Shown here piece after piece: positions 18,889-27,514 of a DNA stretch of 64,000 nucleotides. The stretch's first letter is position 1. Every line of letters starts with the position of its first letter. The notes under the pieces are model-generated. The model saw only the letters and a list, made by a program, of their open reading frames with translations. It was not told the DNA's origin and searched no databases. A program made the translations under genes and the position numbers. This stretch comes from an uncultured bacterium. Its GTDB lineage: Bacteria; Desulfobacterota; Binatia; HRBIN30; CADEER01. Location: positions 445,783-509,782 of the forward strand of contig CAVWTK010000004.1 in NCBI GenBank assembly GCA_963757755.1. Reading direction: 5' to 3'.

Positions 18889-20160
18889 TCAGGCCGGGCA
18901 GGAGCCGAGCGCGACGACGACCGCGGCGATGATCTCGTTGATGGTGACGCTGCCGTCGCCGTTGGTGTCGCCGGCCGGGCAATCGGTCGCGGGCGCGGTC
19001 CCGAGGGCGATGTTCACCATCACGATGAGCTCGTCGATCCGCACGACGCCGTCGCCATTGCAGTCGCCGGGACAGGCGCCGCCCGGCGTGACCGTCGCGA
19101 GCGGCGATCCGGTCGCGGTGCCGGTGACGGTGGCGATCGGGCCGGTGGGCGTTGCCGCCGCCGTTGTCGGCGGCGATCCGGTCACCGTGGCAGTCGCGGT
19201 GGCGACCGGCCCGGTGGCCATTGCCGTCGCCGTTGCCGGCGGTGATCCGGTCACTGTGGCAGTCGCGGTGGCGACCGGCCCGGTGGCCGTTGCCGTCGCC
19301 GTTGCCGGCGGCGATGCGGTGGCGGTGGCGATCGGCGTGGTCGCAGTCCCGGTCGCCGTGGCCATCATCGACGTGGCGGTCGGTGTCGGCGTCTCCGGCT
19401 GCGCCACGATCAGCAGTCCCTTCAGGTCGGCGGGTGGCCAGCCAGCCGCCTGCAGAGAACCGTCGTAGGCGATCTCCCAATTGTCCGACTCCGGGTCGTA
19501 CTCGAGGACATCCTCGTCATCGAAGGTGACCGGCGGGTTGCCGATGAGACCGCTGCCGTCGAACGAGAGGAACAGGTGACCGCGATGATTGACGTAGGCG
19601 GCATCCAGGTCGAGCCCCGGTGCCACACCCGCCGCGGCGGCGTCGAAGAACATCGAGAACGCCGTCCCCTCGTAGAGCACCAGATCACCCGGTGCCACGG
19701 TCAGATCGCCGAGCTTCACGGTGACGTCGAACGACATGACCAGGGACTCCCCTTGAGCGAACGACAACGCGTCCACCAGGACGCCGTCGGGAATGCCCGC
19801 CGCCGCCGCGTCGAGAAATGGATGGTAGGTCGAGCCGCTCAGACGGACGACGTCGCCGGCACGGGCGGTGAAGTCGCCGAAGTCGACGGTCGTATCGAAG
19901 GTCAACAGATCATCGCCGTCGCCGATGTTCACGAATGCGGTGATCCGCGTGCCTTCGGGGATTTCGCCGAGCTGGACGCGGGTGAGATTGCCCATCAGGT
20001 CGTCGACGGCGGCCTCGTGCGGCGAGACGGTGACGCCGTTCAGCTTGAGGGTGATGTCGGGCACGAACCAGAGCGACAGCAGCGGCGTCGGCGCCGCCGT
20101 CGCAGCCGTGACGGCGGCGAGCACCGCCAGCGCCAGGGCGAGTCGAAGGCCGTGCCTCAT
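18889..20160 (-). CDS. Secreted repeat protein with Thr/Pro/Ala linker and C-terminal dockerin-like double repeat
   Basis: In-frame ATG at 20160 gives the signal peptide MRHGLRLALALAVLAAVTAATAAP. It is followed by three repeats of about 50 aa (LLTFDTTVDFGD.., LVMSFDVTVKLGD.., LFLSFDGSGLIGN..), a TATATG linker, and a C-terminal CPGDCNGDGVVRIDELIVMVNIALG...CPAGDTNGDGSVTINEIIAAVVVALG. Confidence 0.7.
   Translation of the reverse strand: MRHGLRLALALAVLAAVTAATAAPTPLLSLWFVPDITLKLNGVTVSPHEAAVDDLMGNLTRVQLGEIPEGTRITAFVNIGDGDDLLTFDTTVDFGDFTARAGDVVRLSGSTYHPFLDAAAAGIPDGVLVDALSFAQGESLVMSFDVTVKLGDLTVAPGDLVLYEGTAFSMFFDAAAAGVAPGLDLDAAYVNHRGHLFLSFDGSGLIGNPPVTFDDEDVLEYDPESDNWEIAYDGSLQAAGWPPADLKGLLIVAQPETPTPTATSMMATATGTATTPIATATASPPATATATATGPVATATATVTGSPPATATAMATGPVATATATVTGSPPTTAAATPTGPIATVTGTATGSPLATVTPGGACPGDCNGDGVVRIDELIVMVNIALGTAPATDCPAGDTNGDGSVTINEIIAAVVVALGSCPA
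19099..19330 (-). repeat. Tandem 69-nt (23-aa) coding repeat in the linker
   Basis: Units start at about 19099, 19168, 19237 and 19306 (cggcgg[c/t]gatccggtcac[c/t]gtggcagtcgcggtggcgaccggcccggtggcc[a/g]ttgccgtcgccgttgc). They encode TGSPPATATA.ATGPVATATATV repeats. Confidence 0.85.
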
Positions 20161-20213
20161 GGCATAGCCGCGAGATGCGTCATTATCGCGCTCAGTCCGC
20201 CGCCCAAGGCCGG

Positions 20214-21017
20214 TTACGGACAGGCCGCGCCGTTGCAGATGTTCGGTCCCATCTGGACGCCGCCGCTGACCTGTGCGCCGCCCGCGTTGTTGCCGTTCAG
20301 GACGTTGTTGCCGTAGGCGGTGCCGCTGCCCCCCAGATTCAGGCCCGACGCGATATTGCCGCGCACGGTGTTGAAGGTGACGCTGCTGCCCGCCTGGGCG
20401 GCGATGCCGCCGCCGTTGTTGTTGACGGTGTTGCCACTCACCGTGCACCCGGAGCCCAGCGATATGGCCGTGCCGCCGTTGCTATTGACGACGTTGTTGG
20501 CGATCAGGCTGCTGAAGTTTGCGGCGATGCCGCTGCCGCCGTTGCTGATGGCATTGATGCGCTCGACCCGCGAATGGGGGCCGAGAGTGACGCCGGCGGC
20601 GCCCATGCCGCGAATGGTGCCGCCGAGCACGGTGACGGCGTCGCTGTCCGCATCGGCAACGATGCCGTTGCCCGCGCCGTTCGGCGTGCACGTGAACGGC
20701 GTGATCGGCGGCGTTCCGGAGCAGACGGTCGGACCGAGAATCGAGAAGCCGTTCAGGTCGATGGTGACGTTCTTGGCGGTGACGCGAATCGCGGTCGTGC
20801 TCTCGTCGACCGTGAGGTCGCCGGTCAGGCGGTAGCTGCCCGGCTGGCTGATGAGGTACGGAAAGCCGCTGGTGCTCTCGACTTTCGCCTGGTTGATCTC
20901 GAGGACGCCGTCGACGGCACGCACCGGCGCCGGGCGACCGGCCAGCAGGATGCCGAGCGCGAGGGCCACGCCGCCGCGGACATCGACTCGTCGAAAGAAA
21001 TCGGGGTGGGTACGCAT
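20214..21017 (-). CDS. Secreted right-handed parallel beta-helix repeat protein
   Basis: Signal peptide, then repeated G/N-rich turns (NGGSGIAANFSSLIANNVVNSNGGTAISLGSGCTVSGNTVNNNGGGIAAQAGSSVTFNTVRGN...). Its stop is 53 nt upstream of the start of the next secreted protein. Confidence 0.7.
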   Translation of the reverse strand: MRTHPDFFRRVDVRGGVALALGILLAGRPAPVRAVDGVLEINQAKVESTSGFPYLISQPGSYRLTGDLTVDESTTAIRVTAKNVTIDLNGFSILGPTVCSGTPPITPFTCTPNGAGNGIVADADSDAVTVLGGTIRGMGAAGVTLGPHSRVERINAISNGGSGIAANFSSLIANNVVNSNGGTAISLGSGCTVSGNTVNNNGGGIAAQAGSSVTFNTVRGNIASGLNLGGSGTAYGNNVLNGNNAGGAQVSGGVQMGPNICNGAACP

Positions 21018-21150
21018 CGATCCTCCGTCGAACCTTCACGCGTCGCGCGCACCGAACCGCACACGGCGCAGCGCGACCAGGCCCTCAAGTCGGCAACCGG
21101 GGGCGGGACTCTGGAAGGGTGCGCGCCGCGAGTCAAGCGGCGCGCGCTGG

Positions 21151-21846
21151 TCAGCGGCCGAGGAGAGCGGGCAGCTCGGCGAGGCTGGCGATGCGGAATG
21201 TCGGCGGCGGATCGGGAACGGCAGCGCCTGACGGCGCCAGCCAGGCGACATCCATGCCCACGCCCAGCGCCCCGATGACGTCGTCGAGGTGGGTATCGCC
21301 GACGTAGAGTGCCTCGGCCGGCGCGACGTCGAGGCGGGTGAGCGCCTCGCGGAAGATGCCGGAATGCGGCTTGCGCCAGCCGAAGTCGGCCGAGATCACG
21401 GTCGCGGCGAGATGCCGGTCGAGGCCATGGCGCGCCAGCACCGTACGGGCGGTGGACGCGTGGTCGAAGTTCGACACGAGTCCGATGCGGTAGCGGTCGG
21501 CGAGCGTCGCCACCACCTCCAGGTGCCCGTCGGGGAGCGCGGTGAAGCCGGCGAGGTGCCCCATGTGGGCCGTCGAGAGCGCCTCCGCCGCGGCGTCATC
21601 GGCGCCGATGCGGGACAGGGCGCGAGCGAAGCGGTCGCGCGAGAGCACCTCGCGGTGGTCGGGCTCGCGCCCGGCGATGATCTCCATCGAGACCGCGCGC
21701 AACGCCTCGCGAAAGGCCTCGAAGACGGCTGGGTCGCTCGCTGCCGCGAATGGCTCGCGCAGCCACTCGAAGCGCGGGTCGGGGCGGCCGCGGAAGTGGA
21801 CGAGCGTGCCGAACAGATCGAAGACGACGGCGCGGTAGCGCGGCAT
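21151..21846 (-). CDS. HAD family hydrolase
   Basis: ATG at 21846. Motif I is VVFDLFGTL. Later motifs are LVSNFD, KP..GIF and YVGDT..DD. The start overlaps the upstream stop (TGATG). Confidence 0.8.
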   Translation of the reverse strand: MPRYRAVVFDLFGTLVHFRGRPDPRFEWLREPFAAASDPAVFEAFREALRAVSMEIIAGREPDHREVLSRDRFARALSRIGADDAAAEALSTAHMGHLAGFTALPDGHLEVVATLADRYRIGLVSNFDHASTARTVLARHGLDRHLAATVISADFGWRKPHSGIFREALTRLDVAPAEALYVGDTHLDDVIGALGVGMDVAWLAPSGAAVPDPPPTFRIASLAELPALLGR

Positions 21847-22367
21847 CACCACTGCAGGTCCGAGGTCCGGCGCACCGGCCGCTTCCGGGCCTGGACCCCG
21901 CCGGTCAGCTGCCCCGCGAGCAGGCTGACCAGCGCCAGCGTGGCGATCAGGATCCCGCCGTTGAGCTCGACCGCGAGCTGGTGGAGCCCGTCGAATTCCG
22001 CCTGCACGGCGGCCGGCGTGTCGGCGTGATGCAGCTGCGGTCGCAACGCGCTGATGCGGGGCTGGACGATGACACCGGCGTAGAGGGAGACCACGAGGGC
22101 GAGCCCGGCGATCCCCGCGGCGATCAGCCACGATCCGCCGGCCGGCCGACTCCAGTTGCGCAGCAGCAGTGCGCAGCCGACCAGCACCGCGCCGCAGAGG
22201 TGCCCGACAGCGTAGTAGGTCGGAAAGACGAGGCTGACGACCGCACCCGCCTGCTCGACCGGCAGGCCGCCGAACACCTGCGGGGCCACGACGAACGAGA
22301 AGAAGATCACCTGGCCCACCCAGACGGCGAGCGCGAAGATGTAGAAGAAGAGGACCAGCCAGGGCAC
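21846..22367 (-). CDS. DUF4149-like membrane protein
   Basis: 173 aa with four hydrophobic helices. The N-terminus WLVLFFYIFALAVWVGQVIFFSFVVAPQVF resembles the DUF4149/TMEM205-like family. Confidence 0.6.
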   Translation of the reverse strand: MPWLVLFFYIFALAVWVGQVIFFSFVVAPQVFGGLPVEQAGAVVSLVFPTYYAVGHLCGAVLVGCALLLRNWSRPAGGSWLIAAGIAGLALVVSLYAGVIVQPRISALRPQLHHADTPAAVQAEFDGLHQLAVELNGGILIATLALVSLLAGQLTGGVQARKRPVRRTSDLQW

Positions 22368-22378
22368 GCGGCCCCCCT

Positions 22379-22804
22379 TTACTGAAGGAACGAGCGCCCG
22401 TTGGCGCTGGGCAGCGGCTGGCGGTGATCGAACCCGCTGTCCAGCGTGTGCCAGTGGGTGACTTCCTTCTCCCCGTACTGCCAGCAGAGCAGGCCGATCT
22501 GGCCGTCGATCTCAGCCGGGAAGTCGACCAGGCCGAGCTCGAGGCCCTTGAACTGGGCCCCCAGCTCGTCGATCTCGGCGATGCAGTGCTCGAGCTCCTC
22601 GACCAGCGCCTGGAGCTCGGGCCGTCGCTCGAGCAGCTGGCTGACCTCGACGTTCATCAGGGGCGAGTCCGTCTCCCGGGCGATCGTCTCGATCGCCTGC
22701 CGCAGCTCGATGCCGCGGCGCTGCATACGCTCCATGATGAGCTCCAAGCGCGGGATCAACGCATTGGCCTCATCGACCGTAAACAACTGCGGCTCGGTGC
22801 TCAC
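22379..22804 (-). CDS. DUF2203-like protein
   Basis: GTG at 22804. (V)STEPQLFTVDEANALIPRLELIMERMQ...GLVDFPAEIDGQIGLLCWQYGE.EV.HWH matches what I recall of DUF2203. Confidence 0.6.
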   Translation of the reverse strand: MSTEPQLFTVDEANALIPRLELIMERMQRRGIELRQAIETIARETDSPLMNVEVSQLLERRPELQALVEELEHCIAEIDELGAQFKGLELGLVDFPAEIDGQIGLLCWQYGEKEVTHWHTLDSGFDHRQPLPSANGRSFLQ

Positions 22805-22875
22805 CAACGTTCTCCGCTCAACCCGCGCCTTCGCGGGCCACCATGTCAATTTGAGGCCAGGTCGGCAACCGCTGG

Positions 22876-22903
22876 TTGACGTGACCCCGGTCGGCATTAT
22901 GTT
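22876..22903 (+). promoter_or_regulatory. Possible sigma70-like promoter of hsp20-lon
   Basis: TTGACG (22876-22881), 16-nt spacer, TATGTT (22898-22903). The -10 element ends only 8 nt before the hsp20 ATG at 22912. This implies either a near-leaderless transcript or a different true promoter. Confidence 0.3.
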
Positions 22904-22911
22904 CTACGCCC

Positions 22912-23373
22912 ATGCCCCGCAACCCCACCCGCCCGGGCACCGATCGACCGCTGTCCGGCGACGCCCTGGACGACTTCGTCGATCGCGTCGCCGGCTTCCT
23001 CGACGTCCCCCGCTACGGCCTGCAGCACAGCTGGCGGCCCAGCATCGACGTGTTTCGAGAGCCCGACGGCATCGCCGTGGTCGCCGAGCTGCCCGGCGTC
23101 CATCAGGCGGATCTCCAGGTCAGTGTCGAGGACAACCGGTTGCGCATCGCCGGCACCCGCCGGCCGCCGGCGCTCGACGGAGCGGACGCCCTGCGCCTGG
23201 AGATCGACTACGGCCCGTTCGAACGCTGTGTCTCGCTCCCCGCCGACAGCGACGGGGAGGCGATCACCGCCCACCTCCACCACGGCTTGCTGACCGTGCA
23301 CGTGCCACGGCGCGCCCCCTCGCGCCCGGTCGTCGTGCGCGTGCTCCCCGATGGGGATTCCACGAATGAGTGA
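22912..23373 (+). CDS. Hsp20/alpha-crystallin family small heat-shock protein (third copy)
   Basis: WRPSIDVFREPDGIAVVAELPGVHQADLQVSVEDNRLRIAGTR...YGPFERCVSLP...ITAHLHHGLLTVHVPR. The 3' end overlaps the lon start by 8 nt. Confidence 0.85.
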   Translation: MPRNPTRPGTDRPLSGDALDDFVDRVAGFLDVPRYGLQHSWRPSIDVFREPDGIAVVAELPGVHQADLQVSVEDNRLRIAGTRRPPALDGADALRLEIDYGPFERCVSLPADSDGEAITAHLHHGLLTVHVPRRAPSRPVVVRVLPDGDSTNE

Positions 23374-25792
23374 ACAGGAAGAACAACAGGTGAGTCCGAA
23401 GGACCGCGTCTTTGGCTTCGAAGAAGATCTCAGCAGCATCAGCGTCCCGGAGACCCTGCCGGTGCTGCCGCTGCGTGGCGTCGTCGTCTTTCCGTCGGCG
23501 ATCGTGCCGCTGCTCATCTCGCGCGGCTCGTCGTTGAAGGTCGTGGAGCAGGCGCTCGCCGGCGACCGCATGTTGGCGCTCGTCACGCAGAAACGGCCCG
23601 AGGACGAGGAGCCGAAGCCGCACGACCTCTTCGTTCGCGGCGCCGCCGGCCGCATCCTCAAGATGCTGAAGTATCCCGATGAGAGCGTCCGCATCCTGGT
23701 CCAGGGCCTGCGGCGCATCGACCTGCAGCAGATCATCCAGACCGAGCCGTTCTATACGGCTCGCGTGCGCGAGCTCAGCGACGTCCGCGAGACCACTCCC
23801 GAGCTCGAGGCCATGCAGGCGCACATGGTGAACCTGTTCGCCAAGTTCGTCTCGATGATCCCGTACCTGCCGGACGAGCTGCAGGTGGTCGCGACCAACA
23901 TCAAGGACGCCGGCAAGGTCGCCGACCTGATCGCCGCCAACCTCAACGTCTCGCTCGACGAGAAGCAGGAGCTGCTCACCCAGCTCGACGTGCGCAAGCG
24001 CCTCGAGCGCCTGACCAGCATCCTCAACCGCGAGATCGAGCTGCTCGAGCTCGGCCAGAAGATCCAGACCCAGGTCCAGGACGAGCTGACGAAGAACCAG
24101 AAGGACTTCTACCTGCGTCAGCAGATGCGGGCGATCCAGAAGGAGCTCGGCGAAGGCGACCCGCGCGACTCCGAGGTCGACGAGCTGCGCCAGAAGCTCG
24201 ACATCGCCAAGCCGCCGGAAGCGGTGCGCAAGGTGGCCGACAACGAGCTCGAGCGCCTGCGTATGATTCCGGTCGAGTCGGCGGAGCACAACGTCGTCCG
24301 CACGTACCTGGAGTGGATCTGCAACCTGCCGTGGTCGATCGGCACCGAGGACAACCTCGATATCCGCCACGCCCGCGAGGTGCTCGACGAGGACCACTAC
24401 GACCTCGAGAAGATCAAGGACCGCATCCTCGAGTTTCTCGCCGTGCGCAAGCTGAAGAACGACTCGAAGGGCCCGATCCTCTGCTTCGTCGGCCCGCCGG
24501 GCACCGGCAAGACCTCGCTCGGCCGTTCGGTGGCGCGCGCCCTGGGGCGCAAGTTCATCCGCATCTCGCTCGGCGGCATGCGCGACGAGGCCGAGATCCG
24601 GGGCCACCGCCGCACCTACATCGGCGCCCTGCCCGGCCGCATCATCCAGGGCCTGCGCACCGCCGGCTCGCACAACCCGGTGATCATCTTCGACGAGATC
24701 GACAAGCTCGGCGCCGATTTCCGCGGCGACCCGGCCTCGGCGATGCTCGAGGTCCTCGATCCGGAGCAGAACAACACATTCCAGGACCACTACCTCGACG
24801 TCCCGGTCGACCTCTCGAAGGTGCTCTTCATCACCACCGCCAACCAGCTCGATCCGATCCCCGGGCCGCTGCGCGACCGCATGGAGGTCATCGAGTTGGC
24901 CGGCTACACCGATCGCGACAAGCTGCAGATCGCCCGGCGCCACCTCATCCCGAAGCAGATCGCCGAGAACGGCATCGCCACCGAGCAGATCGTCTTCACC
25001 GACGAGGGCCTGCTGTTCCTCATCCACCACTACACCCGCGAGGCCGGGCTGCGGAACATCGAGCGCGAGATCGGCGCCATCTGCCGCAAGGTCGCGCGCG
25101 GTATCACCGAAGGCCAGACCGAGGTCGTCGTCGCCACGCCGGAAAAGGTGCGCGAGCTGCTCGGACCCGAGCGCGTCTACTCCGAAGTCGCCGAACACAA
25201 CGACGAGCCGGGCGTCGCCATCGGCCTGGTGTGGACGCCGATGGGCGGCGACATCATCTTCATCGAAGCGACGAAGATGTCCGGCAAGAAGGGCATCACC
25301 GTCACCGGCAACCTCGGCGACGTGATGAAGGAGTCCGCGCAGGCGGCGCTCAGCCACATCCGGTCGCGCGCCCCTCGCCTCGGCATCGCGGCCGACTTCT
25401 TCGAGAACATGGACATCCATATCCATGTGCCCGCCGGCGCGGTGCCGAAGGACGGTCCCTCGGCCGGTGTCACCATCGCCACCGCGCTCACGTCGCTGCT
25501 GACCGGTCGGCCGGTTCGCCACGACGTGGCAATGACCGGCGAGATCACCTTGCGCGGCAAGGTGCTGCCGGTCGGCGGCATCAAGGAGAAGGTGCTCGGC
25601 GCCCACCGCGCCGGGATGCGCACCGTGATCCTGCCCAAGCGCAACGAGAAGGACCTCGAAGAAGTGCCGCAGGAAGTCCGCGCCGCGATGCAGTTCTACT
25701 TCGTCGACACGATCGAGCAGGTGCTCGAGCACGCGCTGGAACCGATGGCCGGGGGCGCGCAGCCGCTCCGCGCCGCGCACTCTCAGTCCTGA
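23366..25792 (+). CDS. lon: ATP-dependent Lon protease (endopeptidase La)
   Basis: LON N-domain ([13 protein letters not shown]), Walker [10 protein letters not shown], and Walker [10 protein letters not shown]. The protease domain has PKDGPSAG with the catalytic Ser, and the Lys region is [14 protein letters not shown]. The frame is intact. Confidence 0.96.
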   Translation: MSEQEEQQVSPKDRVFGFEEDLSSISVPETLPVLPLRGVVVFPSAIVPLLISRGSSLKVVEQALAGDRMLALVTQKRPEDEEPKPHDLFVRGAAGRILKMLKYPDESVRILVQGLRRIDLQQIIQTEPFYTARVRELSDVRETTPELEAMQAHMVNLFAKFVSMIPYLPDELQVVATNIKDAGKVADLIAANLNVSLDEKQELLTQLDVRKRLERLTSILNREIELLELGQKIQTQVQDELTKNQKDFYLRQQMRAIQKELGEGDPRDSEVDELRQKLDIAKPPEAVRKVADNELERLRMIPVESAEHNVVRTYLEWICNLPWSIGTEDNLDIRHAREVLDEDHYDLEKIKDRILEFLAVRKLKNDSKGPILCFVGPPGTGKTSLGRSVARALGRKFIRISLGGMRDEAEIRGHRRTYIGALPGRIIQGLRTAGSHNPVIIFDEIDKLGADFRGDPASAMLEVLDPEQNNTFQDHYLDVPVDLSKVLFITTANQLDPIPGPLRDRMEVIELAGYTDRDKLQIARRHLIPKQIAENGIATEQIVFTDEGLLFLIHHYTREAGLRNIEREIGAICRKVARGITEGQTEVVVATPEKVRELLGPERVYSEVAEHNDEPGVAIGLVWTPMGGDIIFIEATKMSGKKGITVTGNLGDVMKESAQAALSHIRSRAPRLGIAADFFENMDIHIHVPAGAVPKDGPSAGVTIATALTSLLTGRPVRHDVAMTGEITLRGKVLPVGGIKEKVLGAHRAGMRTVILPKRNEKDLEEVPQEVRAAMQFYFVDTIEQVLEHALEPMAGGAQPLRAAHSQS

Positions 25793-25801
25793 GCTCACGG
25801 A

Positions 25802-25833
25802 GAGGGGCGGCTGTCTCACACGTCCGCCCCCTC
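25802..25833. terminator. Hairpin between convergent lon and the Cys-rich protein gene
   Basis: GAGGGGCGG (25802-25810) pairs with CCGCCCCCTC (25824-25833) with one bulged C. The loop is 13 nt. Confidence 0.4.
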
Positions 25834-25837
25834 CGCG

Positions 25838-27424
25838 TCAGGGCAACACGCCGGACAGGTCGATCGTTCCCTTCGCCGAGACCGCGCCTGGTCCGGGGAT
25901 CCTGGCGACGAAGTCCAGCAGCGGGCCGGCCGACGGCACGCAGAACGTCCCCGCCAGCGTCATTTGAAGCGCGTCGATACCGCCGCCCGGCGCCACGCCG
26001 GTCTCGGAGATGCTGCGCACGCCAGGGATGCCGAACGCGCCCTGCACGGTCTGGCCGGGGCAGAAGAAGCCGTCGGTCGAGGTCATGGACGACGCGCCGG
26101 TGGTCAGCCCCGGCAGCACGACGCGCAGCGAGGCCAGGAACGTGTTGGTCTGCGGCGGACAGTCATTCGTCGTCCCGCCGGAACCGATCGGCGTGCAGGA
26201 CAGGCCCATGTTGTCGCCGCTGTTGCAGACACCGCTCTCGCAACGCGGACACGGCGAGTCCGCATTGCCGGTGACGTAGATCCGGCTCTCGAGCGCCGCC
26301 GCGAGCGTCGCGGTCGGCGGCACGAGTTGGACGTTGCCGCACATGTCCGTGAGGAAGGCGTTGACGATGCAGGTGGGCAGCCCCGACGCCGTCAGCGGCA
26401 CCGGCGGCCCGAAGTAGCAGTTGGCGGTCAGCGCGCAGGCGCCGGTGATGCCGTTGCAGTCGTCGTCGAACTCGCAGGTGCCGTGTCCGTCGAACCCCGG
26501 CGCGCCGTTGACGCAGCTGCGCCCCGGCCCGGCGCCCTTGCTACAATCGTTCGGCCCGGTCCCGGCGCTGCCCGCCAGCGTGACGCTCGGCGGCAGGAGA
26601 TTGAGGTTGACGACGTCGAGCTTCGACTCCGCACCGTCGGGAAGCCGCAATCCGGGGAGGAATCCGGTGTAGAGACAGCCCACACCGAGGCCGTCGATGG
26701 TCGCGGCCGCGCCGTCGGCGACCGAACCGGAGAACGGCGCCGCCGGGTCGGGATTGGCGAGGCCGGCGCCGCCGCAGTTGGCGCTCCCCATCTGAATGGT
26801 GAACGGCACCTGCGCGATCGGCGGCAGCGGCACGCCGTTGCTCTGGCAGATCGCCGGGAAGGTCGGCGTCGCCGTGACCGTGGGCGTGATGGTCGGCGTC
26901 AACGTGATGGTCGGCGTCTGGGTGATCGTCGCCGTCGGCGTGATGGTCGGCGTGTACGCCGCAGCGCAACCGCTCGCACCACAGGCGTCGCAACAGCTCG
27001 TGAAGACGCCCGTGCACACACTGCCGCCGGCGGGCGCCTTGCACTTGTCGGCGCTCGGCTTGATCCCACACTTCGTCTTGCCGCTCGAGGTCGTCCGGCA
27101 GCACGTAACGGCGCCCGGGGCGCGGCCGCAGATGGACCGCGTCGAACAGCGTTTCGCGCTCACCGCGCAGGCCACCGACAGTCCGTCGAGAAACATGGCG
27201 CGACTGATGACGTGCTTCGCGCACCGCACGTAGGCGCCGTGCGACTGCGCGGTGGCGCAATCGCACTGTTCCGCCACATCGGCGCGTACAGCCGCGAGGG
27301 CCACCGCATCACCGGGCAGATCGCCGCACTTCGACGCGCGCGCCGCGCCCGGCACCGCCGCGACGCACATCGCGAACACCGCGACTTGCCACCAGCGACC
27401 GGCCTGTACTCGCAGTCCCACCAT
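25838..27424 (-). CDS. Secreted cysteine-rich protein with TPTIT linker (function unknown)
   Basis: Start at M 27424 (MVGLRVQAGRWWQVAVFAMCVAAVPGAARA). The N-terminal Cys-rich module is CDCATAQSHGAYVRCAKHV...CGRAPGAVTCCR...KCGIK...C. This is followed by (TPTITx)n and a C-terminal region of about 330 aa with many further Cys residues (CEFDDDCNG, CPRCESGVCNSG). Confidence 0.65.
   Translation of the reverse strand: MVGLRVQAGRWWQVAVFAMCVAAVPGAARASKCGDLPGDAVALAAVRADVAEQCDCATAQSHGAYVRCAKHVISRAMFLDGLSVACAVSAKRCSTRSICGRAPGAVTCCRTTSSGKTKCGIKPSADKCKAPAGGSVCTGVFTSCCDACGASGCAAAYTPTITPTATITQTPTITLTPTITPTVTATPTFPAICQSNGVPLPPIAQVPFTIQMGSANCGGAGLANPDPAAPFSGSVADGAAATIDGLGVGCLYTGFLPGLRLPDGAESKLDVVNLNLLPPSVTLAGSAGTGPNDCSKGAGPGRSCVNGAPGFDGHGTCEFDDDCNGITGACALTANCYFGPPVPLTASGLPTCIVNAFLTDMCGNVQLVPPTATLAAALESRIYVTGNADSPCPRCESGVCNSGDNMGLSCTPIGSGGTTNDCPPQTNTFLASLRVVLPGLTTGASSMTSTDGFFCPGQTVQGAFGIPGVRSISETGVAPGGGIDALQMTLAGTFCVPSAGPLLDFVARIPGPGAVSAKGTIDLSGVLP
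26886..26957 (-). repeat. Tandem 18-nt coding repeat (TPTITx linker)
   Basis: Four units: gtgatggtcggcgtcaac, gtgatggtcggcgtctgg, gtgatcgtcgccgtcggc, gtgatggtcggcgtgtac. Confidence 0.85.
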
Positions 27425-27514
27425 TCGCGCCCCCTTCTTCGGCGGAGACGCACACGCCTCCGGCCAGCCCAAGTGTGGCCATGCCGGTCGCGGGTTCGAT
27501 AGTTCGCAGATTCT

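Noticed and set aside
23264-25819. 851-aa ORF on the minus strand
   Set aside because: It is exactly antisense to the intact lon gene. Its Arg/Ala/Gly/Asp-rich composition has no recognisable motifs. It is a typical stop-poor shadow frame of GC-rich DNA.
27485-27505. tRNA-like T-arm string (GCGGGTTCGATAG)
   Set aside because: There is no complementary acceptor stem, D-arm or anticodon stem in the flanks. It lies in the 5' region of the Cys-rich protein gene. I found no tRNA or rRNA anywhere in the window.
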